DNA of 64,000 bases from an uncultured Actinomycetes bacterium (GCA_963810605.1 CAWEOF010000002.1:11503-75502); one strand, 5' to 3'. Numbered from the stretch's first letter, positions 1-9,322 are shown. Notes: a model not told the origin generated them from the letters alone. Numbers and translations: made by a program.

Positions 1-744
1 CTCTCCCAGGTCAGGCTGATCCCGTGCGTGCCGGGTGATCCCGACACATGGCCGAACTGCGTGCCGGAAGTCCAGCTGCTCGCAACGGTCACCGCCGCCG
101 GCGACCCCCCGGCCGACTCGCCGAAGCCGCCCGCGAAGGTCATCGACAAGGACGATCCGCAGGATCCCACGAGCAACGACCTCACCGACGACAAGGTCGA
201 CAACGAGGCGACGTTCGCGTTCGACTACCCGGAGGGCTCCCCGTTCGAGCCGGTGATCTACAAGGAGCCCTTGGATCCCGACACGGATGCCAACAAGCGG
301 ACGAAGATCTTCAAGATCACGCAGGACCCGATCATCGCTCCCGTCCTCGGCACGACGGACGAGTGGACGCTCGTGAACAAGACACGCGACGACCATCCGT
401 TCCACATCCACGTCAACGGCTTCCAGGTGACGCAGACCAACGAGTACAGCAAGAACGGCGACCTGGAGCCGTACCCCGCGCGCGGTCACCAAGACGTCGT
501 GAACGTCCCGCGGGCGAAGCTGTTTGACACCGACAACGACCCCGCGACCGACCCGGTGAAGGTCAACGGGCGCGTCGTCATCCGCCAGCACTACGCGGAC
601 TTCGACGGCTGGTACGTCTTTCACTGCCACATCCTCTTTCACGAGGACGCGGGCATGATGCGGACGATCCAGGTCCGCGCGGACGCCGACGTGGAGATCG
701 AGCCGCCGCCGGAGGCCGACGACCCGGAGCACCAGCACCCGTAG
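1..744 (+). CDS. Multicopper oxidase, C-terminal part (gene runs off the left edge)
   Basis: The frame is open from nt 1. Copper-ligand motifs HPFHIHVNGF and HCHILFHEDAGMM are present. Stop TAG at 742-744. Confidence 0.85.
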   Translation, partial: LSQVRLIPCVPGDPDTWPNCVPEVQLLATVTAAGDPPADSPKPPAKVIDKDDPQDPTSNDLTDDKVDNEATFAFDYPEGSPFEPVIYKEPLDPDTDANKRTKIFKITQDPIIAPVLGTTDEWTLVNKTRDDHPFHIHVNGFQVTQTNEYSKNGDLEPYPARGHQDVVNVPRAKLFDTDNDPATDPVKVNGRVVIRQHYADFDGWYVFHCHILFHEDAGMMRTIQVRADADVEIEPPPEADDPEHQHP

Positions 745-822
745 GCCGTCGCCGGCACGGCCGCTCGCGATCACCCGGTCCTCCCGCCGCAGGGACCCGG
801 ACCCGTCACGGCTGAGCGCCCC

Positions 823-1725
823 TCAGCCCGGCGGTGCGTCGGCGATGCGCCGCCGTCCGCGCAGCTCGCCGCGACGGATCGACGTCGCGAGGTCGATCCT
901 GATCGCGAGGCGGCGCAACGCGTAGCCGACGTCGCGGCCGTTGAACGTCATCGGGCCGATGTCGCGGTCGGCGAGCAGACGGCTGAAGCGCGCTTCGAGG
1001 TGCGCGTCGATGCGCCCGAGGTCGTCCCACAGGCCGTACCAGCCGTCGACGCGCCGGTCGAGCCCGGCGGCGACGAGGTCCTCGATGACCGCGAGCTCGG
1101 CGCCTTCGATGTTCATGCGTACGACGACGGGGCCGTCGTGGCCGGCGTGCTCGGCCAGCAGCACGGCCGACAGGCGGACTGCCGGCACCTCCTCGAGGTC
1201 CGCGCCGCCGTCGGCGAAGATCGAGTCCGCGTAGCCGCCGGGCGAGCGGTGCAGCGTGATCGTCGTGCCGGCGTGATCGGGCCCGACCAGAGCTTGGTGT
1301 CGAAGGTCGAGCGCGGGGACGTCCGCGAGCGCTGCACCGGCGACCGCGAACTGCCGGCTGCCGGCTTCGAAGGCGACGATCCGGACGTCGAAGCGGCCGC
1401 CGAGCCAGCGATGGACCAGGCGGATCTCGTCGCCGTGCTCATGCACGCCGCAGTCGACGTAGAGCACCGCCAAGCGCGGCCGCGGCGACCGTGCGACGAG
1501 CGATCGGACGCCGAGCACCCTCAGCCGCCGTCGCGCGACCCAGCCCAGCAGCAGGATCGTGTCCGCGATCATCACGAGCCAGACGATCGGGGCCGCCGCT
1601 CGCTTCGAGCGCATCCTCGCCTCGATGGCGCTCACGAGCGTGCGGTTCCACAAGCGCTGGCGCGGGTGCCACAGCAGCGCCCGCCGGTGCGCCGGCGGCT
1701 CGCGTCTTACGGTTTCTGACGTCAT
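823..1725 (-). CDS. FkbM-type SAM-dependent methyltransferase with an N-terminal TM helix
   Basis: 300-aa ORF. A hydrophobic helix (PIVWLVMIADTILLLGWVA) is followed by VLYVDCGVHEHGDE...VAFEAGSRQF...MNIEGAELAV, the pattern typical of FkbM-family methyltransferases. Diverges from the sulfotransferase gene. Confidence 0.55.
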   Translation of the reverse strand: MTSETVRREPPAHRRALLWHPRQRLWNRTLVSAIEARMRSKRAAAPIVWLVMIADTILLLGWVARRRLRVLGVRSLVARSPRPRLAVLYVDCGVHEHGDEIRLVHRWLGGRFDVRIVAFEAGSRQFAVAGAALADVPALDLRHQALVGPDHAGTTITLHRSPGGYADSIFADGGADLEEVPAVRLSAVLLAEHAGHDGPVVVRMNIEGAELAVIEDLVAAGLDRRVDGWYGLWDDLGRIDAHLEARFSRLLADRDIGPMTFNGRDVGYALRRLAIRIDLATSIRRGELRGRRRIADAPPG

Positions 1726-1760
1726 CGCTCGCCGTTCACCCTATGCTGCCCTGCTCGCAG

Positions 1761-2510
1761 ATGAGCACGCCCCCGACACCCCCCGGCTGCCCCGCGGGTT
1801 GGAACGTGGCGCCCCCGGACTTCGTCGGCGTCGGCGCGCAGCGCAGCGGGACGACCTGGTGGCACCGGCTGATCTGCGACCACCCCGGGGTCTGGCGTCC
1901 CGAGGGCGCCGTCAAGGAGCTGCACTTCTTCGACCGCTACGTGGATGTGCCGGTCCCCGACTCCCTGGCGGACGACTACGCCCGCTGGTTTGCGCGCCCG
2001 GCCGGAACGCTCGCCGGTGAGTGGACACCCCGGTACATGCTGGACTTCTGGACACCGCGCCTGCTCGCGCGTTGCGCGCCGGACGCCAAGCTGATCGTGT
2101 GCCTGCGCGACCCTGTCGAGCGCTTCCTCTCGGGCATGACGCTGCAACCCGTCGCCTCCGCTCACGTCCACCGCTGCCTGTATCACCTGCAGCTCAGCCA
2201 CCTGCTGATGCACTTCCCGCGCGAGCAGCTCCTGGTGCTGCAACACGAGGCGTGCCTCGAGGATCCGGGCGCGGAGCTGGCGCGCACCTACCGCTTTCTC
2301 GGCCTCGCGGCTGCCGAGCACCGTCCCGCCATGCTGGGGCGGCGCCTCAACGCATCGGCCACGGGCGCCAAGCGCGCACTCGATCCCGCAGCGCGCGAGG
2401 ATCTCGTCGCCTATCTGCTCGACGACGTCCTGGCGCTGACGGCGGCCTTCCCCGAGATCTCCATCGACCGCTGGCCCGCGTTCGCCGCGCTCGCGCGTGA
2501 CGCCCGCTGA
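1761..2510 (+). CDS. PAPS-dependent sulfotransferase
   Basis: The PAPS-binding-type motif GVGAQRSGTTWWH lies near the N-terminus, followed by a VCLRDPVERFLS region. The upstream part of the 339-aa ORF is Arg/Ala junk. ATG at 1761, alternative ATG at 1743. Confidence 0.75.
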   Translation: MSTPPTPPGCPAGWNVAPPDFVGVGAQRSGTTWWHRLICDHPGVWRPEGAVKELHFFDRYVDVPVPDSLADDYARWFARPAGTLAGEWTPRYMLDFWTPRLLARCAPDAKLIVCLRDPVERFLSGMTLQPVASAHVHRCLYHLQLSHLLMHFPREQLLVLQHEACLEDPGAELARTYRFLGLAAAEHRPAMLGRRLNASATGAKRALDPAAREDLVAYLLDDVLALTAAFPEISIDRWPAFAALARDAR

Positions 2511-2588
2511 TCGGCGCGGAGAGCGCGCGGAAGATCTGCGCGTCTTTACCGTTCACCATATGCTGAGCGAATCTCCGCCGCCTGCTTC

Positions 2589-3527
2589 GATCTGCAGTCG
2601 CACTCGACGTACTCGGACGGCGCGCTCTCACCCGCGGACGTCGTCGCGCGTGCCGCCGCAGCGGGAGTGCAGCTGCTCGCACTCACCGATCACGACACGG
2701 TGGACGGCGTGCAAGAGGCGATCGAGGCCGGCCCGCGTCACGGCGTGGCCGTCGTGCCGGCCGTCGAGATCAGCATCGTGGACCGCGCCGCGGAGGACCT
2801 GCACATCCTCGGCTACGGCATCGACCACCGCGACGCGAACCTGCTGGACGCGCTGATTGGCTGTCGCGCCGATCGTGCGAGCCGCGCCGAGCGGATGGCG
2901 GTGCTCCTGCGCGAGCTGGGCTTCGCGATCGACGACGATCTGCTCGCTCGGTGCCGGGGCGCCGGCAAGGCGCTCGGACGGCCGCACCTCGCGCAGGCGG
3001 TGCTCGCGTCCGCACCGAACGCGCAGCGCCTCGCCGACGAAAAGATCGCGTGCCCGGCCGACTTCATCTGCGCGTACCTCGTCGCCGGACGGCCCGCGTT
3101 CGCGGGGCGCACGCACCCGGATGCGCGAGCGGCGATCGATCTCATCCACGCTGCTGGCGGGCGAGCCGTGTGGGCGCATCCGTTCTGGGACATCGCCGAG
3201 CCCGCGGTCGTCCTCGACACGCTGGAGCGCCTGCGTGGCCTGGGCCTGGATGGCGTCGAGGCCTTCTACGTCGCACACGACCGCGAGCAGGCGGATCTGC
3301 TCGTCGGCGCCGCGTCCGAACACGAGCTGCTCGTGACAGGCTCGTCGGACTTCCACGGGCCCGCGCATAGCCGCTTCTCGCGCTTTCGCGCGTTCGAGCT
3401 GCACGGCCACGAGGTCCGGATCGGCCCGCTGCTCGATTGTGCGGCGGCGGTAGCCGCCGGTAGCGTCGCCGGCGTCAAGTCGGCGGAGGGGGAGCCATGC
3501 CGCCGGTCGCGGTCTGCATCGGCCTGA
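2589..3527 (+). CDS. PHP-domain metal-dependent phosphoesterase (TrpH/YciV, COG0613-like)
   Basis: DLQSHSTYSDGALSP...LALTDHDTVDG...HPFW... matches the PHP fold pattern. The conserved N-terminal motif begins at 2589, but the first canonical start in frame is GTG 2667, so the true start is unresolved. Confidence 0.75.
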   Translation, partial: DLQSHSTYSDGALSPADVVARAAAAGVQLLALTDHDTVDGVQEAIEAGPRHGVAVVPAVEISIVDRAAEDLHILGYGIDHRDANLLDALIGCRADRASRAERMAVLLRELGFAIDDDLLARCRGAGKALGRPHLAQAVLASAPNAQRLADEKIACPADFICAYLVAGRPAFAGRTHPDARAAIDLIHAAGGRAVWAHPFWDIAEPAVVLDTLERLRGLGLDGVEAFYVAHDREQADLLVGAASEHELLVTGSSDFHGPAHSRFSRFRAFELHGHEVRIGPLLDCAAAVAAGSVAGVKSAEGEPCRRSRSASA

Positions 3528-4066
3528 GCCGCACCGGCACGAAGTCCTTCGGCGAGGCCGCGCAGGCGCTCGGGTTCGCCCCGCGGCTCGGCTGGACGGA
3601 GCGCAGCGAAGGGCTCATGCGCGCCTGGCAGCAGGGGCGCATCGACGAGCTGATCGCGACCGCGGCCCCGTTTGAGATCCTGCACGACATCCCCTGGGCG
3701 CTTGTCTACGAGGAGCTCGCGGAGGCGTTCCCGGACGCGAAGTTCGTCCTGACGCGGCGGTCGTCCGTCGAGGTCTGGCTGCGGTCGATCGTCGCCCATA
3801 CGAACCGCTTCGAGCCGTACTGGGGTCACGCGGCGGCGTATGGCGCGGCGATGGCGGCGGACGCACCGGATGTCTACCGCCGCTTCTACGTCGACCACCT
3901 CGACCGCGTGCGGGAGTTCTTCCGTGGCAGCGACCGGATGATCGAGGTCTGCTGGGACACCGGCTCGGGCTGGGAGGAGCTCTGCGGGCTGCTTGAAGCC
4001 TCCGTCCCCGCGGACATGCCGTTCCCGCACTCCGGCGCGCTGGCCACGGCCCCGCCCGCGGCGTGA
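3497..4066 (+). CDS. Sulfotransferase-family P-loop protein (Sulfotransfer_4-like)
   Basis: N-terminal GLSRTGTKS loop and C-terminal ...MPFPHSG. A GGAGGGGGAG Shine-Dalgarno precedes the ATG. Overlaps the PHP gene end by 31 nt. Confidence 0.65.
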   Translation: MPPVAVCIGLSRTGTKSFGEAAQALGFAPRLGWTERSEGLMRAWQQGRIDELIATAAPFEILHDIPWALVYEELAEAFPDAKFVLTRRSSVEVWLRSIVAHTNRFEPYWGHAAAYGAAMAADAPDVYRRFYVDHLDRVREFFRGSDRMIEVCWDTGSGWEELCGLLEASVPADMPFPHSGALATAPPAA

Positions 4067-4113
4067 CGGGCATGGCGCGCACCGTTCACCGCGGCTGCGA
4101 GCCAGGCGCTCCT

Positions 4114-4818
4114 TCAGGACAGACCGACCGGCGTCACGACCCGCGGCAGCAGCGCCAGGGGGTCGGCGCTCAGGCACGCGATCGCCTCGTCGAGGTCCTG
4201 GTCGCGTGCGTGGATGATCTTCACCGCGACGTTGCCTCCCAGGAAGTAGGGAAAGCAGGCCCGCAGGTTGTACTCCGACGTCAGCACGGCAAACCTGATG
4301 TCCGAGGCGTACAGCGCCTCGCGGAAGGACGGCTGGTCGCAGTCGATCTCGGTCTGGGAGTCGAAGATCGCGATCCACTGCGCTACCAGCGCCTGGAACG
4401 CCGGCGTGTTGCGATACGCGATCACGCCGGTGTTCATCTCCGGGAAGGACGTCGGACAGGCGAGCGGGAAGTGCAGGTGCGCGCGCAGCGGGGCATGGGC
4501 CACCGCGAGCTCGAAGCGATCGAGCAGCGCGAACACCTCGTGGCACGGCGCTGCGGAGTACGTGTCGGTGTCGAGAAAGAGGGTCCGCTCGAAGGGTGAC
4601 TCGACGAGCGGGCGGAGCTTGTCGACATATGAGTGCCGGCAGTCCGTGAGCTCGCGCACGATGTCGAAGCAGCGCGCGGCGCGCGCCGTCGACGGGTTGT
4701 CCGTGGCGATCGCGATGGGGACGTCCGGCATCGTCGCCTTGAACGAGCACGCCGAGCGGCGCGCCTCCTCCTGGTGACGCTCGCCCGTCGCGACGTACTG
4801 GATTCCGGTGTCTCGCAT
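4114..4818 (-). CDS. Nucleotide-diphospho-sugar transferase (GT8-like)
   Basis: IAIATDN...FLDTDTY (DxD) ...MNTGVIAY pattern. ATG 4818 overlaps the TGA of the upstream gene by 1 nt (TGATG). Confidence 0.55.
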   Translation of the reverse strand: MRDTGIQYVATGERHQEEARRSACSFKATMPDVPIAIATDNPSTARAARCFDIVRELTDCRHSYVDKLRPLVESPFERTLFLDTDTYSAAPCHEVFALLDRFELAVAHAPLRAHLHFPLACPTSFPEMNTGVIAYRNTPAFQALVAQWIAIFDSQTEIDCDQPSFREALYASDIRFAVLTSEYNLRACFPYFLGGNVAVKIIHARDQDLDEAIACLSADPLALLPRVVTPVGLS

Positions 4819-6005
4819 CAACGTACCGTTGCGTCTGTTGTACCGGAAGTCGCGTGGCGAAAACGGGGTATAGCGGGCGCTGCCGATCTTTCTACGCCGG
4901 GGAGGCTACGCGCGGGTGCACCGTCCTGAATCGTTCGAGCGTCTTCGCGCTCGAGCGGCGCCACCAGCTCGCGCCAGTCGCAGACCGCGATGCCGCGGCG
5001 GGGGTCGCCGCAGAAGCCGGACTCGACCAGCTCGTAGCGGCCCGCATAGATGTGGTCGAGCGCCTCCAAGCGCTCGCGCAGCCGGTCGTGCGAGAACCCG
5101 TCCGGGCTGGCCGCGTAGCGTCCTGCGGGAGCCATCGCGCGCCGCAGCTTGCCCTCCGTGCGCGCTCGCGCACGCAGGGGGAAATGGTGCATGAGCAGCG
5201 ACGCGTCGTGTTCGCGCGCGCGCCGGCCATCCCCGGTCGCGACGGCGTGATGACCCGGAAGCGCGACGACGTCGCCGGCCTGGCGTACGCGCATGAGCGG
5301 GTGCTTCCAGTGGCCGTGAGCGCAGAACGCGGTGCGAAACCAGCGCGCGTGCGGGAAGTACTCAAGCGGCGGCCGGCGCGGGACGTACTCGTTCGAGATG
5401 TCCGGGACATGGTCGAGCACGCGGGCGCCGACGACGTCGACCCACGGCGGCGCATCCTCGACGAGCTCGCGCACGGTCGTGCCGCCGGGTCCGCGCGGGA
5501 ACTCGTCGGCGTCGAGCACAAGCCACCACACGTCGCCGCCGCACGCGTCCGTGCCCGCGGCGATCGCGTCGCGAAAGCGCCGGGTGCGCAGCGCCTCCGA
5601 GTACGCGCCGCAGCCGCGGGCCGACAGCACCTCCGCGCCGGCGGCGGCCGCCTCGTGCGCGGTCGCGTCGTCGCTGGCGTCGTCGATGACGAGGACGTGG
5701 TCGACGCCTTGCGCGTACAGGTGCTCGACGAGCGCGTAGACGATGTCCTCCTCGTTCCAGACGCCGACGACGGCGTGAAGCAGGGGACGATCGCGAGTCG
5801 AGGGCGCGTCGGGACCCGGCCCGCGGCCGTCGACCTGCCACGAGGCGATGCGGCGCCTGAGCCACGGCGCCGGCGGCGGGACGCGACCGCGCGTCCGCGC
5901 GAGCGCTACCTCGAGCAGCCGGACCGGACGGTCGGAGATGCGCGGCATCACCGCCTCGGGAAACGGCGACGTCGGGTCGCGCGCGCGCTCGCGGTCGGCC
6001 GGCAT
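4818..6005 (-). CDS. Glycosyltransferase family 2-like protein
   Basis: VVGVWNEEDIVYALVEHLYAQGVDHVLVIDDASDDAT...WWLVLDADEF. ATG 6005 overlaps the cysNC stop (TGATG). The upstream 66 codons of the listed ORF are Arg-rich junk. Confidence 0.6.
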   Translation of the reverse strand: MPADRERARDPTSPFPEAVMPRISDRPVRLLEVALARTRGRVPPPAPWLRRRIASWQVDGRGPGPDAPSTRDRPLLHAVVGVWNEEDIVYALVEHLYAQGVDHVLVIDDASDDATAHEAAAAGAEVLSARGCGAYSEALRTRRFRDAIAAGTDACGGDVWWLVLDADEFPRGPGGTTVRELVEDAPPWVDVVGARVLDHVPDISNEYVPRRPPLEYFPHARWFRTAFCAHGHWKHPLMRVRQAGDVVALPGHHAVATGDGRRAREHDASLLMHHFPLRARARTEGKLRRAMAPAGRYAASPDGFSHDRLRERLEALDHIYAGRYELVESGFCGDPRRGIAVCDWRELVAPLEREDARTIQDGAPARSLPGVERSAAPAIPRFRHATSGTTDATVR

Positions 6006-7906
6006 CACGGCCCGCTCGCCGGGGCGGCGCGCTGAAGCACAGCGACGATCGCCGCGACCCGGGCGTCGATCTCGCCGCCGTGGCCGGCGACGCGCGCGTC
6101 CGGCGCCGCGGGCTCGTCGTAGCGGTCGGAGATCCCGGTGAACGCCGCGATCTCGCCGCGGCGCGCCCGCGCGTAGAGCCCCTTCGGATCGCGCCGCTCG
6201 CACTCCTGCAGCGGCGTGTCGACGAAGACCTCGACGAACGGTATGCCGGCCTGCTCGTGCACGGCCCGCGCGGCCGCGCGGTCGGCGGCGTAAGGGCTGA
6301 CGAGGCTGACGATCGCCACAGCCCCGGAGTCGGCGAGCAGCGCCGCGACATGCGCCGTGCGGCGGACGTTCTCTGCGCGGCCGGCGGCGTCGAAGCCGAG
6401 GTCGCCGTTGAGGCCGTGCCGGAGATTGTCGCCGTCGAGGCGGTAGGCCTGGCGGCCCGCGGTGACGAGCCGGCGCTCCACCTCAGCCGCGAGCGTGGAC
6501 TTCCCGGAGGCCGGCAGGCCGGTGAGCCACAGCGTCGCCCCGCGCTGCCCGAGGCTGCGCCAGCGCTCCGCCCGCGTCAGCGCCGACGGGCTCCATACGA
6601 CGTTCGCGCTCCTCGCGCCATCGGTCGCGACCGGCGCCGGGACGGGGTGCGCCACCATGCCGGCGCCGACGGTCTGGTTGGTCGTCTCGTCGATGACGAT
6701 GAAGCTGCCGGTCGTGCGGTTGCGCCGGTACGCGTCGACGGCCAGCGGCGCGGCCAGCCTTAGGCGCACGCGGCCGATGTCGTTGAGCCCCAGCTCGGCG
6801 GCCGACTCGTCGCGGTGCAGGGTGTTGACGTCGATCCGGTAGACGACCTGCTCCGCCACCGCCTGCACCGCGCGCGTCGTGTGCTTGACGACGAACCGGC
6901 CGCCGGCTTGCAAGGGCTTCTCGGACATCCAGCAGACCATGGCGTCGAGCTCGCCGGCGACGGTGGGCTGGTTGTTGGGGCGGCACAGCAGGTCGCCGCG
7001 CGACACGTCGACGTCCTCGCTCAGGCGGACGGTGAGCGACATCGGCGCGCCGGCCTCGGCGAGCGGGCCGTCGTAGGTCTCGAGGCCGGCGATCGTCGCG
7101 CGGCTGCCCTGCGGCAGCACGACGATCTCGTCGCCCGGTCGCAACACCCCGCTGGCCATCCGGCCCGCGTAGCCGCGATAGCCCGACGCGGGGTCGCGAA
7201 TCACCCACTGCACCGGAAAGCGTGCGTCGAGGAGGTTGTGATCCGCCGCGATGTGCACATGCTCGAGGTGATACAGCAGCGGCGGACCGCGATACCAGGG
7301 CATGTGCGTCGACGGCTCGACGACGTTGTCGCCCGCGAGCGCGCTGATCGGGATGAACGTGACGTCGGCGATGTCGATCCGAGAGGCGAAGTGCGAGAAG
7401 TCCGCCACGATCGCGTCGTACACGGGCTCAGACCAGTCGACCGCGTCCATCTTGTTGATGCAGATGACGAGGTGCGGGACGTGCAGCAGCGAGGCGATGA
7501 ACGTGTGACGACGCGTCTGCTCGAGCACCCCCTTGCGCGCGTCGACGAGCACGACCGATGCGTTGGCGGTCGACGTGCCGGTGACCATGTTGCGCGTGTA
7601 CTGCAGGTGACCGGGCGTGTCGGCCAGGACGAACCGCCGGCGCGGTGTGGCGAAGTAGCGGTATGCGACGTCGATCGTGATGCCCTGCTCGCGCTCGGCG
7701 CGCAGCCCGTCGGTCAGCAGGGACAGGTCGAGCGCGTTCGCTCCCCGCTGCTCGGACACCGCGGCGAGCTCGTCCAGCTGGTCGCGCATGATCGACTTCG
7801 TGTCGTGCAGCAGGCGGCCGATCAGCGTCGACTTGCCATCGTCGACGGAGCCTGCCGTCGCGAGTCGGAGCAGGTCCGGCTGGGCGGCCGCGGCATGATC
7901 GGGCAT
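6005..7906 (-). CDS. cysNC: Bifunctional sulfate adenylyltransferase subunit 1 / adenylylsulfate kinase
   Basis: N-terminal translational-GTPase motifs (GSVDDGKSTLIGRLL, DTPGH, NKMD). C-terminal APS-kinase P-loop (LWLTGLPASGKSTLA). Confidence 0.92.
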   Translation of the reverse strand: MPDHAAAAQPDLLRLATAGSVDDGKSTLIGRLLHDTKSIMRDQLDELAAVSEQRGANALDLSLLTDGLRAEREQGITIDVAYRYFATPRRRFVLADTPGHLQYTRNMVTGTSTANASVVLVDARKGVLEQTRRHTFIASLLHVPHLVICINKMDAVDWSEPVYDAIVADFSHFASRIDIADVTFIPISALAGDNVVEPSTHMPWYRGPPLLYHLEHVHIAADHNLLDARFPVQWVIRDPASGYRGYAGRMASGVLRPGDEIVVLPQGSRATIAGLETYDGPLAEAGAPMSLTVRLSEDVDVSRGDLLCRPNNQPTVAGELDAMVCWMSEKPLQAGGRFVVKHTTRAVQAVAEQVVYRIDVNTLHRDESAAELGLNDIGRVRLRLAAPLAVDAYRRNRTTGSFIVIDETTNQTVGAGMVAHPVPAPVATDGARSANVVWSPSALTRAERWRSLGQRGATLWLTGLPASGKSTLAAEVERRLVTAGRQAYRLDGDNLRHGLNGDLGFDAAGRAENVRRTAHVAALLADSGAVAIVSLVSPYAADRAAARAVHEQAGIPFVEVFVDTPLQECERRDPKGLYARARRGEIAAFTGISDRYDEPAAPDARVAGHGGEIDARVAAIVAVLQRAAPASGP

Positions 7907-8026
7907 CCGCGGCCCATGCTGTCAAACTGCGATGCGTCTTGGGGGCAAGGTGAACACGTCAGGGGGAGCCCTGTCGCGGTCGCGACGCAGCCGGTCTCTG
8001 CGCGACGGGACGCCTGTGGCCGCGCG

Positions 8027-8779
8027 ATGAGCCGGCTTGTCACACGGCCGATCGGGTCCTCCGCGGAGCTGGTCGAGCACTTCGATCGGATGGCGCCCGA
8101 GTACGTGGATACCCACGGCCGCGCGGAGCGCTTGTTGCGCTACCGCCTGTCGATCATCGAGGAGCTCCTCGGAGCGCCGCCCGTCGGCACGCTGCTCGAG
8201 ATCGGCTGCGGCAAGGCGATTCACCTGATCGGGCTGGCCGGAACGTGCGACCGCGCGATCGGGACCGACGCCTCGGTTGAGATGGTGCGGATCGCGCGGC
8301 GCGACGCCGCCGCCTCGCGCTGGTGCGACCGTCTCGACGTGCGCGTCGACCCCGCCGAGGAGCTCGCGACCGTCGCGGACGGCTCGGTGGACGCCGTCCT
8401 GTGCGTCGGCGCGCTCGAGCACATGCTCGACCGGCCGCGGGTCCTCGCGCAGGTCAGGCGGGTGTTGCGGGACGGGGGGCGCTTCGTCTGCCTGACGCCC
8501 AACGGCGACTACTGCTGGTACCGCGCGCTCGCGCCCCGGCTCGGGCTCGACACGCGCCACCTGTCGACCGACCGCTTCCTGACGGCGGTCGAGCTGCGCG
8601 CCGTGCTCCAGGAGGCCGGCCTGCGGCCCGAACGGCTCCGGCGCTGGCGGTTCATCCCGAAGGGCGACATCCCGCCGTTGTGGGGCCGCGTGCTGCACGG
8701 ACTGGACTGGTTGGGGCGTGCCGCGGGCGCGCAGTCGCTGCGCGGCGGCCTGGCGCTGCTCGCCCGGCGCGCGGACTGA
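8027..8779 (+). CDS. Class I SAM-dependent methyltransferase
   Basis: LLEIGCGKAIHL (motif I), AVLCVGALEHMLD, and VLRDGGRFVCLTPN. It is the C-terminal third of a 654-aa composite ORF. ATG at 8027. Confidence 0.8.
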   Translation: MSRLVTRPIGSSAELVEHFDRMAPEYVDTHGRAERLLRYRLSIIEELLGAPPVGTLLEIGCGKAIHLIGLAGTCDRAIGTDASVEMVRIARRDAAASRWCDRLDVRVDPAEELATVADGSVDAVLCVGALEHMLDRPRVLAQVRRVLRDGGRFVCLTPNGDYCWYRALAPRLGLDTRHLSTDRFLTAVELRAVLQEAGLRPERLRRWRFIPKGDIPPLWGRVLHGLDWLGRAAGAQSLRGGLALLARRAD

Positions 8780-8894
8780 CGCGCGCCGCTGGCTGGCCGC
8801 ACTGTGATCCATGGCATGGATAACGGCCGCCGGGGGCATACTCACGGCTCGTGACGGCGCTCCGTCATGCTCGCCGCGCTCAAAGGAGAACTCC

Positions 8895-9014
8895 GTGCTG
8901 CTCATCATCGCCATCGTCTTGCTCGTCGTCGCCATTGCCGGCGGCGCGATCGTCCACCCGGGGCTCTTCCTCCTCGCGCTGATCGCCATCGCCGTCTACT
9001 TCAACGGGCGCTGA
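8895..9014 (+). CDS. Small hydrophobic (two-helix) membrane protein
   Basis: AAAGGAG Shine-Dalgarno lies 6 nt before GTG 8895. The 39-aa product is VLLIIAIVLLVVAIAGGAIVHPGLFLLALIAIAVYFNGR. Confidence 0.4.
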   Translation: MLLIIAIVLLVVAIAGGAIVHPGLFLLALIAIAVYFNGR

Positions 9015-9070
9015 CGCTCCGGGTCCGGCGGTTGGCGCCGCTCGGATTCGCGGCGTCCTAGGCTGTCGCC

Positions 9071-9322
9071 ATGCCACGCGAGCCGCGATCGGGGGACGTC
9101 AGCGACAAGGTGGTCATCGAGCTGGGGCCGATCGCCGCGCGGCTGCGCGAGGAGATCGACGTCGATGACGAGACATGGGCGCTCGTGATGCGGTCGCTGA
9201 CCAAGGCGCTCATGGCCGGCGTGCGGATCGGCGGCGCGGAGGTCGCGGCGCAGGCGATCGAGAGCGGGCTGCCGGTCACGTTCAACATGCAGGTCGAGAC
9301 GGTGAAGCGCGACGACGAATAG
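9071..9322 (+). CDS. Hypothetical small soluble protein
   Basis: Strong G/C third-position bias in this frame. The 83-aa acidic sequence looks like a real protein. No family recognised. Confidence 0.5.
   Translation: MPREPRSGDVSDKVVIELGPIAARLREEIDVDDETWALVMRSLTKALMAGVRIGGAEVAAQAIESGLPVTFNMQVETVKRDDE

Noticed and set aside
7922-8989. 355-aa minus-strand ORF directly upstream of cysNC, considered as a cysD candidate.
   Set aside because: It has no PAPS-reductase-like or CysD motifs and is Arg/Pro/Ala-rich. It is antisense to a well-supported methyltransferase gene.
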